A DNA stretch of 34,706 nucleotides from a virus (lineage: Duplodnaviria > Caudoviricetes). Shown in pieces: positions 10,154 to 20,191 of this stretch. Under the pieces are notes generated by a model. It made no database searches, was not told the DNA's origin, and was given only the letters and a program-made list of their open reading frames with translations. The stretch is from IMG/VR virus record IMGVR_UViG_3300032237_001368, positions 1 to 34,706 of that record; one strand, written 5' to 3'. Each line of letters opens with the position of its first letter. Position 1 is the stretch's first letter. The position numbers were made by a program, and so were the translations under genes.

Positions 10154-10591
10154 ATGAAAAGACAAGATTATCAAAATGCATTCGGTTATTGGACAGTAGA
10201 AACTCCGAACGAAAAAGGCTCATTAGTGAAAAACTTAGGAACATTCCGAGGTTACATCGATGAAATTGCTTTGAATTTAGCAGATCAATGTCATTACAGT
10301 TTGGAATTCACAAAAGTCCCTGATGAGCACGTGGAAAACTTCAAAGTAAAGGCTTCAAGCGTAAACGTCATACTTGACATCCAGTCTGGTACATGGAACA
10401 TGAGTAGTGATGAAAGGGTAAACTTCTTTCAAAAGATTTTAAAAGACCGGCCGACAACAGTTTCTGATGGACAGTATTACGCCAGCGTAACTTTACATAG
10501 TACACAATACTCTGAAGAAGATTTGTTACGAGAAAAAGCGCTGGCCAAGCTAACTCCGGAAGAAATCAAAGCTTTAGGAATTGCAAAATAA
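10154..10591 (+). CDS. Hypothetical phage protein
   Basis: Promoter 10097; C-terminal REKALAKLTPEEIKALG motif common in phage early proteins. Confidence 0.8.
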   Translation: MKRQDYQNAFGYWTVETPNEKGSLVKNLGTFRGYIDEIALNLADQCHYSLEFTKVPDEHVENFKVKASSVNVILDIQSGTWNMSSDERVNFFQKILKDRPTTVSDGQYYASVTLHSTQYSEEDLLREKALAKLTPEEIKALGIAK

Positions 10592-10662
10592 ATTTTTGGT
10601 AAATTGAATTTTTCTTCTTATATTTAAGTATAAATCAAAAAAGAAATAAATCATAATAAGGT

Positions 10663-11007
10663 ATGGAACAAAAAGAACTACAAGTAGGGGATGTGCTTTA
10701 TCATGAAAGCAGGTGGCGGTCAATTGAAAAAGGGAAAGTTGAGGGAGTAACCAAAAAGTTAGCTTTACTCGATAACGGAACGATATTAAGCCGTTTTGAA
10801 CAAGTGAAAGATAATCAAAAAGTGTTTATAGAGCATCGCAGCTTAGGAAAATGGCAATTAAAAACAGAGGAGTTAAAGCAAAAATTTGAACTTCAAGAAG
10901 CTAAGTTAAATACTCGAATTACCATTGCTCAGTTAAAAATTGATAATCTATCACTGGAGCAATGCAATGCCATTCTTTCAGCCATAACCGCTACAACAGG
11001 CGAATAA
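10663..11007 (+). CDS. Hypothetical protein
   Basis: Promoter 10595; 114-aa ORF. Confidence 0.7.
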   Translation: MEQKELQVGDVLYHESRWRSIEKGKVEGVTKKLALLDNGTILSRFEQVKDNQKVFIEHRSLGKWQLKTEELKQKFELQEAKLNTRITIAQLKIDNLSLEQCNAILSAITATTGE

Positions 11008-11212
11008 CACATGAAACCAACTATTTACAGTGTAGTAACGCTACGTAGGCTTATACAGAAGAATCAATCTCGTGAATTAGGGGCGTATTACGGAAAATAT
11101 GAATTTCGCGGCAAAGCCTTTCGCGAATTGAATAGATTTATCCTAGAACAAATAATGAATTGACCATTTATTCAATCACATAACCATCACATAAAATGAG
11201 CAAAACAACAAC

Positions 11213-11398
11213 GTGGCACCCATCCAGCCACCTAGCGATGGTAGAGAAGTATTAGTGTACTCTCCAGAGGTAGACAGTGGCGAAAACATAAAAACTGGTC
11301 ATCACGAATGGAGAAACAATGAATGGGTTGTAAAAGAATGGAACTATATGATTTCAGTAACCCATTGGTGCAATCTCCCCGAACCACCACAACTCTAA
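11213..11398 (+). CDS. DUF551-like protein (true start probably ATG ~11196 via frameshift)
   Basis: C-terminal VTHWCNLPEPP signature. Confidence 0.65.
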   Translation: MAPIQPPSDGREVLVYSPEVDSGENIKTGHHEWRNNEWVVKEWNYMISVTHWCNLPEPPQL

Positions 11399-11519
11399 CC
11401 ACGCCAGCCGCACCGAAAGGGCGGCATTTGGCGGTGAAAACAATTAACAATATGACACCAGCATAAAAGGTATTATTAAAACAAAGACTTATAATCTTAT
11501 AACTAAATAAAACTGTAAC

Positions 11520-11771
11520 ATGAACAAGTTTATTAAGGTAACATCAAATGAATGTCCTACTACTGAAATATTGGTAAACGTAAGAGAAATAGAACATATT
11601 TCTCGTAGGAAGGATTTTTCTTATACAAAAATTACGTTTACATCTCAGGAATATTGGAACGTGAACGAAACACCAGAAGAACTTCTAGTCCTGATTAATG
11701 GGACTGAGAAAAATGTATTTGACAGTGATTACCTTGAGGGATATAGAGATTGGTTAAAAGAACCAATATAA
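11520..11771 (+). CDS. Small FlbD-like fold hypothetical protein
   Basis: FIKVT...ILVN...IEHI...T.I.F...V.ETPEEL pattern. Confidence 0.5.
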   Translation: MNKFIKVTSNECPTTEILVNVREIEHISRRKDFSYTKITFTSQEYWNVNETPEELLVLINGTEKNVFDSDYLEGYRDWLKEPI

Positions 11772-11912
11772 TTTTGTCAGTAAAAATTGGTATTGTATAT
11801 TTGCAATGCATTCTTTAGTAAAGGTCGCAGCTTACAATACGAATTAACTTAGTGTATTGAATCCTCTTCATACAAATATTTTATCATTAATGTAATCGCA
11901 AAAAGATTTTAA

Positions 11913-12290
11913 ATGAACATTGTAAACCACGAGCCTATTATTCGAGTCTTTGTGAACGGCATTCAAATTACCTTTCCAAATCAATTCACTGTTTTAGTAA
12001 AGAATGGTATCGGCGCTAAATGCACGCAGCGTCAAGCACCTGAAGATTCGGCAGAGTTGTTTCTAGCTAAGCGTTTCGGCGGGGTTGGAAACCCAGACGT
12101 CGAGGTCGAAATTTACAGCCCGAAAAAAGAAAACATCACTGAAAAGTTTGGCGAACATGGATCGTTAGGGTTCGTAACACCGGTTGAATTAGTAAATTTA
12201 TTGTATATAGTTTCAAGCTTAAGAAATGACGTTAAAGGAGTACCTGGAACTGGAAGAGGTGGATCGAAAGGAAGTGTGTCGTATAATTGA
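11913..12290 (+). CDS. Hypothetical protein
   Basis: 125-aa ORF. Confidence 0.65.
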   Translation: MNIVNHEPIIRVFVNGIQITFPNQFTVLVKNGIGAKCTQRQAPEDSAELFLAKRFGGVGNPDVEVEIYSPKKENITEKFGEHGSLGFVTPVELVNLLYIVSSLRNDVKGVPGTGRGGSKGSVSYN

Positions 12291-12675
12291 TGAAAATCTT
12301 AAATTTGACATTACTTCCTTAGAAAATATAGATAAGTCTGTAATGGACGTTGAAACGTATTTCGAAGAGAGACGTCGTGAAAGAGAGAAAATTACCACAA
12401 TTAATTGGCCAGAAAAGCTTTCTAGAAAAGAGTCTGTAATTTGCAGACTGAAGATGATGATAGAAATGTTAGTGTGTGCAGATCCGATTGATGAAGACGC
12501 TGAGACACTGAAAATAATTAGTGAAAGATTTATTAAATCTGTCATCAAAGAAACTTTTCAACAAAAGACTACAAAAGAAACAAAGTGGCCTGGCCTCGAT
12601 CCTACGGGGGCAATTCTTTTAAACCATATATATTCAGCAGTTTATAAATTGTATGAAAAGAAATTTAAAATTTAA
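12226..12675 (+). CDS. Hypothetical protein
   Basis: 149-aa ORF. Confidence 0.65.
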   Translation: MTLKEYLELEEVDRKEVCRIIDENLKFDITSLENIDKSVMDVETYFEERRREREKITTINWPEKLSRKESVICRLKMMIEMLVCADPIDEDAETLKIISERFIKSVIKETFQQKTTKETKWPGLDPTGAILLNHIYSAVYKLYEKKFKI

Positions 12676-12723
12676 TTGATAGATTCAATTGAATTCCATA
12701 TTTTTATCAAAAGCAAAAACAAA

Positions 12724-12918
12724 ATGTCAAACAAAGAAACAACGTCTTCCGGTTTAGGATTAGGAACAATTATATTTCTTATTTTCTTGGTATTAAAATT
12801 AACCAATCAAATTGATTGGTCATAGTGGTTGGTAACCTCTCCATTATGGATTCCAATCATTGCAGTAGCAGTATTTACTATCGTGACAATCATTGTCGTA
12901 GTATCAAAAAAGCATTAA
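12724..12918 (+). pseudogene. Small two-TM membrane protein with in-frame TAG
   Basis: MSNKETTSSGLGLGTIIFLIFLVLKLTNQIDWS*WLVTSPLWIP...; TAG at 12823 sits where this common phage family has Trp (IDWSWWWV..P.W). Confidence 0.7.
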
Positions 12919-12940
12919 GTTAATCATTAAAATAAAACAC

Positions 12941-13144
12941 ATGTATTACACAACACGCGTTCAACTAGAATATGAAACAGACAAAGGAGCTACTAAAAAG
13001 AAAACAGAAACTTACCTGGTTAAGGCAGAATCTGTTACAGATGTAGAAGCCATAATTCATGAAAAATTCTCTGGTTATACCATGGGCTTCGAAGTAACTT
13101 CGACCACAGCTTCTCGAATTTTAGACGTTTATTCAGCAGACTAA
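12941..13144 (+). CDS. DUF4494-like protein
   Basis: G..KK.TE.YLV.A.S.T..EA pattern of the Bacteroidota DUF4494 family. Confidence 0.7.
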   Translation: MYYTTRVQLEYETDKGATKKKTETYLVKAESVTDVEAIIHEKFSGYTMGFEVTSTTASRILDVYSAD

Positions 13145-13158
13145 TCAACACATTTATT

Positions 13159-13542
13159 ATGGCAAATATTATAAGAAAAAGAAAGTTTTCCAATAACCAG
13201 ATAGTAGTATTTCGATTCGGCGAAAGGAATTTGGTAGGTAAGATTTGCGATGTTAAGCAGGTAGGAAAGCGAAGCTTTATCTACGATGTTAAAGGTGAAG
13301 ATGGTATAATCTATGAAGAATTAGGAGTTGACACTATAATGAATCACACTATAGATACTTACAAAACAAAACTTTTCTATAAAAAGTATAACATCAGTGA
13401 AGATCGTATTCCTGAAATAGAACAGGAAGATGCTGAGCTGGGAGATTCAATAGATTCTGAAACTGAAGAAGTTGCAGAAACTTCATCTAAGACTGATGAA
13501 GAAACATTATTTTCTGACGAAGATACCGATCCAAATTGGTAG
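13159..13542 (+). CDS. Hypothetical protein, SH3-like N-terminus and acidic tail
   Basis: 127-aa ORF. Confidence 0.7.
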   Translation: MANIIRKRKFSNNQIVVFRFGERNLVGKICDVKQVGKRSFIYDVKGEDGIIYEELGVDTIMNHTIDTYKTKLFYKKYNISEDRIPEIEQEDAELGDSIDSETEEVAETSSKTDEETLFSDEDTDPNW

Positions 13543-13580
13543 TTTCAAAAGACTTCTATATATTTATATAGAAGATATTT

Positions 13581-13971
13581 GGGGGTGACTGGTTTTGACA
13601 GCAGCTCGAAGTTTTAAATTGATGCAAGCAGTCTAGGTAAAGACTATAATCTATCTAAAAACAATAAATGCAAACGAAGTAGAATTATCTACTTGGACTT
13701 TCGAAGACGCTATGGCGTTCGTTAGTGCTGAATCAATGGTTCACGCATAGTCCATCGGGTCGTAGCACATACACCTAGGAACAGAAGTGCTATTATGGGT
13801 CACAGGTCAGAGCCCAGCTAAAATAATTCTGAGACCAGGTTGTTTAGAAGTAGGGTTCCCACATACATCAAACTTCATATTTTGTCTAGTTAGAAAACGA
13901 GAATAAGCTTGTGAATGACTTTTAAGCGTAGATTGTTTGGACTCGGGGTTCGATTCCCGACACCTCCACCA
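13581..13971 (+). ncRNA. ssrA: tmRNA
   Basis: GGGGGTG/CACCTCC acceptor with G3-U70, GGTTTTGAC 5' motif, T-arm CGGGGTTCGATTCCCG, 3' ACCA; tag ORF at 13670-13750 after AATAAAT-GCA. Confidence 0.93.
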
Positions 13972-14063
13972 ATGCAACCGAGTAAGAACGGTTCGACTTT
14001 TATATTACATAGGAAGGTCTTAAATGACCTTTCTATTTTTAATCTGCATTTAAAAATAAAGTT

Positions 14064-14447
14064 ATGGCAAAATTTAAAGTAGGCGACAAAGCTTACAAAC
14101 CTAACGGGTATAAATTCCCTTGCACAATAGTGTCTGTATTTACTACAACGTCTGGCGAAACTCGAATAGTTGCAGAAATGGATGAATACAACATGCTTCA
14201 CATTTTCAATGAAACTCAATTAGAGCCCATAGCTGCGAACCCGAGCACCGGTGTTTGTTCAGAACCTCTGACTTTAGAACAACGTGAGAATTATTGGTTC
14301 AACAACATGAAACCGAATAGTGATATCGTTGAACAGTTTGATACATTTTCTGCATCATCACGCAAAACATATCTTGATAAATTAAATGTTCCAGAATCAA
14401 TATACAAATACATACATGAACTTAGAGAAAAATACGAAAATGAATAA
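14064..14447 (+). CDS. Hypothetical protein (KFKVGD SH3-like N-terminus)
   Basis: 127-aa ORF. Confidence 0.7.
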   Translation: MAKFKVGDKAYKPNGYKFPCTIVSVFTTTSGETRIVAEMDEYNMLHIFNETQLEPIAANPSTGVCSEPLTLEQRENYWFNNMKPNSDIVEQFDTFSASSRKTYLDKLNVPESIYKYIHELREKYENE

Positions 14448-14597
14448 CATACAACTTAATACACCTGAAGAAATAGATAAATTCTTAGATGAGGTAAAAT
14501 CTATAGACTTTTCATTTGCTATCATGGCTATAAGAAATTGGTCTAAACAGCAATCAGAAAGATTACTAAGTATGATTAAAAACTGCAAAAATAAATC

Positions 14598-15074
14598 ATG
14601 AATCAATTAGATTTAGATTATCAAGCGCTATTAAAAGACATTTTAGAAAATGGCGTGGAGAAAAAAGATAGGACTGGTACAGGGACATTAAGTGTTTTTG
14701 GGAGACAAATTAGGCATAAGTTTAAAGACGGAAAATTTCCCTTACTCACAACAAAGAAAATGCATTGGAAATCAATAGTTACAGAGCTTCTGTGGTTTTT
14801 ACGTGGAGATACAAATATCAAGTACCTTGTAGAGAATGGATGCCACATTTGGGATGGGGATGTGTATAAGAACTACCTAAAGGAGACTGAGCGTTTTGGG
14901 GAAAAATGGCAATTAACAAAAGAAGAATTCATCGAACGAATCAAAACCGACTCTGAGTTTGCAACGAAGTGGGGTGAGTTAGGACCTGTGTATGGGGCTG
15001 GTTGGCGTAGATGGGGCGGTAAATCAGATGACAAACTTTACGAAGATTATTTGAAAAAAGTTAAAGAAAAGTAG
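14598..15074 (+). CDS. thyA: Thymidylate synthase, N-terminal fragment
   Basis: [35 protein letters not shown]. Confidence 0.93.
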   Translation: MNQLDLDYQALLKDILENGVEKKDRTGTGTLSVFGRQIRHKFKDGKFPLLTTKKMHWKSIVTELLWFLRGDTNIKYLVENGCHIWDGDVYKNYLKETERFGEKWQLTKEEFIERIKTDSEFATKWGELGPVYGAGWRRWGGKSDDKLYEDYLKKVKEK

Positions 15075-15113
15075 TATTTTTCCATTTATTACTATATTTA
15101 TATATAGTAAACA

Positions 15114-15815
15114 ATGGTAATTATGGACTACAAAAAAATACACGACAACCTTATTGAGAGAGGAAAAAATAGAAAATTAAATGGATATGTTGAAAAACAT
15201 CACATTATACCAAAATGTATGAACGGGACAAATGAACCAAATAATTTAGTGGAATTAACTGCAAGAGAACATTTTTTAGTTCATTGGTTATTACACGAAA
15301 TGTATCCAGAAAATAGTGATTTAAGGTATGCTTTTTGGTCAATGTGTCGTAATTCAGACAACCAACAAAGGTATAAACCATCTTCGAGGATATATGAATA
15401 TGCTAAACATAAAATGTTAGAAATATGGCAAAAGTTTAAACCGTCAGATAAACAAATAAATTCTATTAAAGAAAGTTTAACTGGCACAAAATGGTATCAT
15501 AAACCAGATGGAACTAATTTGAGAGCATTTCCGACTGACCCAAAAATTAGTGATGAAGGATGGTTACATGGTAGGTTTGGTGGTAAATCAATTTCTGATA
15601 AGGCTAATAAAGTAAAAGAGAAGAAATATAAAGGAAAGAAATTACCTTCAACCTCAAACAAAAAATGTTCAATAGATGGTGTTGAATTTGAATCGGCTAA
15701 GACAGCTGCGGATTATCTCAATATGAATGAGTATTCTATTAGATGGATTCTACAAGGCAGAGGTCGCTCAGAAAAACACAAAGAGAAATATAAAAATTGG
15801 TTCTATATAAATTAA
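15114..15815 (+). mobile_element. Free-standing HNH homing endonuclease gene inserted in thyA
   Basis: EKHHIIPKC..G.N...NLV.LTAREHFLVH; C-terminal NUMOD-like IDGVEFES; own TATATTTA promoter at ~15093. Confidence 0.9.
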
Positions 15816-15820
15816 ATTTT

Positions 15821-16633
15821 ATGAATTATAAACGTGAAGATGGGACACCTTTCTCAAAAGAAGAGTTCCTACATAAACTAAAGACAGATAAAGAATTTAG
15901 CGATAAGTTTGGTAGCAAAGGAATAGACCAAATCCAAAACCTAATCAACCTACTTAAAACAAATCCAGATGATAGAGGTATAATTGTATCAGCGTGGAAC
16001 GTGGGAGAGCTCGACCAGATGGTACTTCGCCCATGTCATAACTTTTTCCAGTTTTATACGAGAGAAATTCCATGGTATAACGATTTAACTACAATAAAAA
16101 ATGCATATGTTAAATGGAGCCTTTATAAGTTTAAAGACGTGCCATATGCTGGGGATGCTAAAGCAGACACAATTGCAGCTGCTGACAAAATATTTACAAT
16201 AGGTTGGCAAGAAAGACCCGACCCATTTACTGGAAAGCCGTTAATAGAGCTTGAATGTTTTTCATCTATTCCCAAAAGAGCAATCTCACTCATGTGGAAT
16301 CAACGCAGCGTCGACACACCATTGGGGTTACCTTTTAATATAGCCTCATACGCTCTATTGTTGGAGATTGTTGGTAAAATGGTTAATATGGTGCCCGATG
16401 AATTGATTGGAACTTTGGGTGATACTCACATCTACCTTAACCAAATTGATGGCGTTAAAGAACAGTTAACAAAAGAGCCATATGAATTACCAACACTTAA
16501 GATGGGTAAATCTGATGCTTTTTATACGTCATTATCTGATGATTTATCATTACTGGATCAGTTAGATCCGTCAGACTTCACGATTGAAAATTATCAATCA
16601 CACCCAGCAATAAAAGTTCCTTTGTCAAACTAG
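15821..16633 (+). CDS. thyA: Thymidylate synthase, C-terminal catalytic fragment
   Basis: IDQI, SAWN, catalytic PCH, QRSVD..LGLPFN, GDTHIY, YQSHPAIK; start taken as ATG 15821. Confidence 0.93.
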   Translation: MNYKREDGTPFSKEEFLHKLKTDKEFSDKFGSKGIDQIQNLINLLKTNPDDRGIIVSAWNVGELDQMVLRPCHNFFQFYTREIPWYNDLTTIKNAYVKWSLYKFKDVPYAGDAKADTIAAADKIFTIGWQERPDPFTGKPLIELECFSSIPKRAISLMWNQRSVDTPLGLPFNIASYALLLEIVGKMVNMVPDELIGTLGDTHIYLNQIDGVKEQLTKEPYELPTLKMGKSDAFYTSLSDDLSLLDQLDPSDFTIENYQSHPAIKVPLSN

Positions 16634-16647
16634 CCATATTTATTGGT

Positions 16648-16827
16648 ATGACAGAGATTATTTTTTGTATTGTATTTATTATATCGACTCTCATGTACAT
16701 ATTCTTTCAAGCAAAGATGTACATGAGAGATTTTCAGTCTTGGCGTGTTATCAATTGGGCATTGTTCTTCATCACTATTACTTTGTTTGCAGCAAATTTA
16801 TTCAGCTACATCAGTCGTATTTGGTAA
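16648..16827 (+). CDS. Small two-TM membrane protein (59 aa)
   Basis: ATG after TATTTATT; MTEIIFCIVFIISTLMYIFF...SRIW. Confidence 0.55.
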   Translation: MTEIIFCIVFIISTLMYIFFQAKMYMRDFQSWRVINWALFFITITLFAANLFSYISRIW

Positions 16828-16855
16828 ATTCAAAAGATTTAAATAAATTTATTGT

Positions 16856-17563
16856 ATGAAAGTTGATGCTCTATTCATATCAGATGTGCACTTAGGATCA
16901 CGTGGTTCGCAATCAGAAAAATTGTTAGAAACACTTAAGATGTACGAACCTAAATTTCTTTTTATAGTCGGCGACTTTATTGATGGTTGGCTACTTAAGA
17001 AAAGACACTATTGGAAACAGGGATACACCAATTTAATTAGGAAAATTCTCAAGCTTTCAAAAAACGGGACCAAAGTAATTTACATTACAGGAAATCACGA
17101 TGAGTTTCTTCGTCACTACACTCCTTTAAATTTCGATGTAAATATTGAAATTGTTGATGAATATATATGGGATGGGCATCTCATATCACATGGAGACTTG
17201 TACGATGGCGTAATGAATTTGAAATGGTTAGCACATTTAGGTTCTTTCGGATATGAAATTGCGATACGATTAGACCGTCTGATGAAGAGATTTGGTTACA
17301 AAAAGTCGGTATCTAAATGGGCTAAGGACAATGTGAAAAATGCAGTAAAGTTCATTACTTCGTTTGAAACACAAATGGTTTATCAAGCTAAGAAGCGTGG
17401 TTGCAAAGGAGTTATTTGCGGACACATTCACAAGCCTGAAGATAAAATGATAGATGGTATTCGCTATTTGAACTGTGGCGATTGGATAGAAAATAATAGT
17501 TACATAGTTTGCACAGATTATCAATATAAAGTTATAAGTTATGAGAAAGATTTACCTAGATGA
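16856..17563 (+). CDS. Calcineurin-like metallophosphoesterase, LpxH/LpxH2-like
   Basis: SDVHLG, GD..DGW, GNHD, HGD, GHIH, N.GDW. Confidence 0.88.
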   Translation: MKVDALFISDVHLGSRGSQSEKLLETLKMYEPKFLFIVGDFIDGWLLKKRHYWKQGYTNLIRKILKLSKNGTKVIYITGNHDEFLRHYTPLNFDVNIEIVDEYIWDGHLISHGDLYDGVMNLKWLAHLGSFGYEIAIRLDRLMKRFGYKKSVSKWAKDNVKNAVKFITSFETQMVYQAKKRGCKGVICGHIHKPEDKMIDGIRYLNCGDWIENNSYIVCTDYQYKVISYEKDLPR

Positions 17564-17974
17564 TGTAAGAACCCCGACTGAAACTGGATGGGTTGTAGTT
17601 AGAAATTTTGCTGAGTTTCGTCAACGCGTTGAAGAAATTGGTTTGATAAATATTGAAATTATTTCCTTAGATCATATGATCGCGGTCCTGAATCAATGGC
17701 AGAATATTTCAACAATGTTGCACCGAATTACACTTTGAATTACGAGAACATTCCAAATGAAAAAACTGGTTTAGATTGTGCAAAGTGGTTGGTACAACAT
17801 TGGTATGACCATTCAGACGGCGGGAATATACATTTTCCAAAAGTGTATACGCACTCTGCAAATCCTATAGGTTCTGCAAATATAATGGGTTACATCAACA
17901 ATTTCCACATGAACCGTAGGGCTGCACAATCTTGCATTAGAGTACAAATTCCACATTCTGTAAAAGAAAATTAA
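17541..17974 (+). CDS. Cyclic-phosphate-processing receiver-domain protein, split by frameshift at ~17677
   Basis: IYLDDVR.P...W.VVR...ISLDH then TG.DCAKWL...HSANP.G in the next frame. Confidence 0.8.
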
Positions 17975-18313
17975 TGGATTCGATATTACATATCATTGGT
18001 CTCTGTCCGGACCACACCTCGCATATATCTATACTAGATTTTTTATCAATGTTTAGTGTTTCAGAATTATATTGTAATATTCAAATGATTTACTTACATT
18101 TAAGTATAAGGTTAAAGAATTTAATGACATGGAAGATGTAAGAGGTAAACACCATATCGACACTGTAAAGTGGATTTGTAAAGTAATTGAATCTTGTACA
18201 ACCCCTAAGCAATTAATTGCATGTAGGAAGCTGACACTTACTTTGCTTTGATTACAGAAATGCGTTCTGCATTGTACTGTAAAAATTACGAAAGATTAAA
18301 AAATTAAAAAAAG

Positions 18314-18823
18314 ATGAAAGTATTATTTCTTGACCATGATGGTGTAATTTGTTTACAGTCGGAATGGGGTGGTAGAGTTGACAAAGAACGAGAAGGATTG
18401 GATTCAGTGTTTGATGATTTCAATGAAAGCGCGGTTAAAGTTTTAAATGAAATTATTGACGCAACTGACTGTGAAATTGTCGTTTCCTCGGACTGGCGAC
18501 ACTATGCTACCTTAGAACAGTTGCAGGAACTGTATCGCGTACGCGGTATTAATAAACAACCAATCGGTTGTACAGAAGACTTTAGCTGGTCAGAAGCTAC
18601 CTCAGAAGCTTCTCGAATTCAGGAAATTGAAAAATGGATATTTGAACATAAGGAAATCACCGCCTGGTGCGCTGTTGATGATATGGACTTAGCAAATTCC
18701 ATTTCAATTGACACCGGCGAACCAATTGGGTTGTCGTGTTTTGTAAAAACGCCGAATTCCAAAGAGGGTTTGAAACAATCAGGCAAAAAAGAAAAAATTG
18801 TACAATTCTTAAATATAAAATAG
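18314..18823 (+). CDS. HAD-superfamily phosphatase (Swiss-Army-knife RNA-repair type)
   Basis: FLDHDGV, IVVSSDWR, R..EI..W, AVDD. Confidence 0.85.
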   Translation: MKVLFLDHDGVICLQSEWGGRVDKEREGLDSVFDDFNESAVKVLNEIIDATDCEIVVSSDWRHYATLEQLQELYRVRGINKQPIGCTEDFSWSEATSEASRIQEIEKWIFEHKEITAWCAVDDMDLANSISIDTGEPIGLSCFVKTPNSKEGLKQSGKKEKIVQFLNIK

Positions 18824-18895
18824 AAATATTCAATATTTTAGCAGATTGAATTAATTTACTTATCTTTAAGTATAGGAAAAAGAAAATAGAAAATA

Positions 18896-20029
18896 ATGGA
18901 AAATTTAAACTCAGTAGCATTTGTTGCTAGAATTACAGAAATCAAGCCGATACCAGGCGCTGATAACATCGAGCAGGCTATGGTAGGTAGTTGGTCTTGC
19001 ATTATCAAGAAAGGCCAGTATACAGAAGGCGGTTTAGTAGTTTGTGCAACCACAGACTCGGTAATACCAGAAGCATTGGCCGAAAAAATGAACGTAACAA
19101 ATTATTTGCGTTCAGGCAATCGTGTTCGAACAATCAAGCTTCGTGGTGTGTATTCAGAATGTTTGATAATACCTTTCATGTACACTGAAATGGAAATGTC
19201 AAAACTGAAAGAAGGTATGGATGTGATGTCATATATGGGCATTGTAAAGTACGAAGCTCCAGTAAAACAAATACAGCTGGCATCGGGTAAGAAAGTACGA
19301 TACTCTGAAAATCCTAACTTTACAGTGTATTATAAGTTCCCGAACATGAAAAATGTAAAGGGAATGTTCGAAGATGATGACCTTGTACAAATAACACGTA
19401 AAATACACGGCTCAAATGCCCGTTATGGAATTGTTCGAAAGAATAAATTTACTTTCTGGGAAAAAGTAGCGAAGTTTTTTAGGTTGGCCAACAAATGGTC
19501 TGACTATGAGTTTGTAGTTGGTTCGCACAATGTTGAAAAAGGTTCTGATTCTCAAGGATATTACGATGCTAATATTTGGTATGATATAAACAAGAAGTAT
19601 CTTATTAAAGAGCGTCTTTGGAATTATGTGCAACTACAAATGAGTCCTGAAAAGATAGGATCTGGTGTTATTCTGTATGGCGAAATTTTCGGAGCAGGAG
19701 TTCAAAAGAACTATGATTACGGTCTTAAGACTATTGAATTTGTTGGATTTGATTTTGTGGTAAATGGTGTTTATCAAACCCCGGAAGACACAAAACGTAT
19801 AGTCTTAGGAGGATTAGTATTACCGCACGTCGAAGAACTTTACGTCGGTCCGTGGCGCCAGGACATACAGGACAAGCATGTGTTCAATAACTTTATTCCA
19901 GGTACAAAGGTACCGCATGAAGGAGTTGTAGTAAAAGCATACACCGGCGAAAGGCAGAAAATAGCTAAGGTGATCAACCCAGATTATCTTATCTATGGAG
20001 AAAAGAATGATGTTAGCGACGGTCATTAA
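18896..20029 (+). CDS. ATP-dependent RNA ligase, DRB0094/Rnl5 family
   Basis: N-terminal OB module (PIPGADNIE...LRGVYSE), motif I KIHG, YGE, FD, EGVVVK, K.IN. Confidence 0.9.
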   Translation: MENLNSVAFVARITEIKPIPGADNIEQAMVGSWSCIIKKGQYTEGGLVVCATTDSVIPEALAEKMNVTNYLRSGNRVRTIKLRGVYSECLIIPFMYTEMEMSKLKEGMDVMSYMGIVKYEAPVKQIQLASGKKVRYSENPNFTVYYKFPNMKNVKGMFEDDDLVQITRKIHGSNARYGIVRKNKFTFWEKVAKFFRLANKWSDYEFVVGSHNVEKGSDSQGYYDANIWYDINKKYLIKERLWNYVQLQMSPEKIGSGVILYGEIFGAGVQKNYDYGLKTIEFVGFDFVVNGVYQTPEDTKRIVLGGLVLPHVEELYVGPWRQDIQDKHVFNNFIPGTKVPHEGVVVKAYTGERQKIAKVINPDYLIYGEKNDVSDGH

Positions 20030-20099
20030 TAATATTGGTTAGAGAGTGACTGTTGCTGCTGAATCAAGCTCTATAGGCAAATGTGGAACTCTCAAATTT

Positions 20100-20177
20100 G
20101 GTCAGGTAGCGCAACAGGTAGACGCAATCGGTATCATAGATGAGAGGGTGTTGCCGGTTCGAATCCGGTCCTGACCA
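20100..20177 (+). ncRNA. tRNA-like RNA without a canonical anticodon arm
   Basis: Acceptor GGTCAGG/CCTGACC, D arm GCG..GGTAGA..CGC, T arm GCCGG-TTCGAAT-CCGGT; central segment lacks a 5-bp/7-nt arm. Confidence 0.75.
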
Positions 20178-20191
20178 CAAAAATAAAAGTT

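Noticed and set aside
15075-15820. Group I intron or intein in thyA
   Set aside because: Flanks of the HNH ORF are only 39 and 5 nt, no recognisable P7/core elements, stop codons separate the frames, and no Cys/His-Asn intein ends
16665-16859. 64-aa ORF from the track
   Set aside because: The overlapping ATG-initiated two-TM ORF 16648-16827 is the better call, and the track ORF runs over the next promoter
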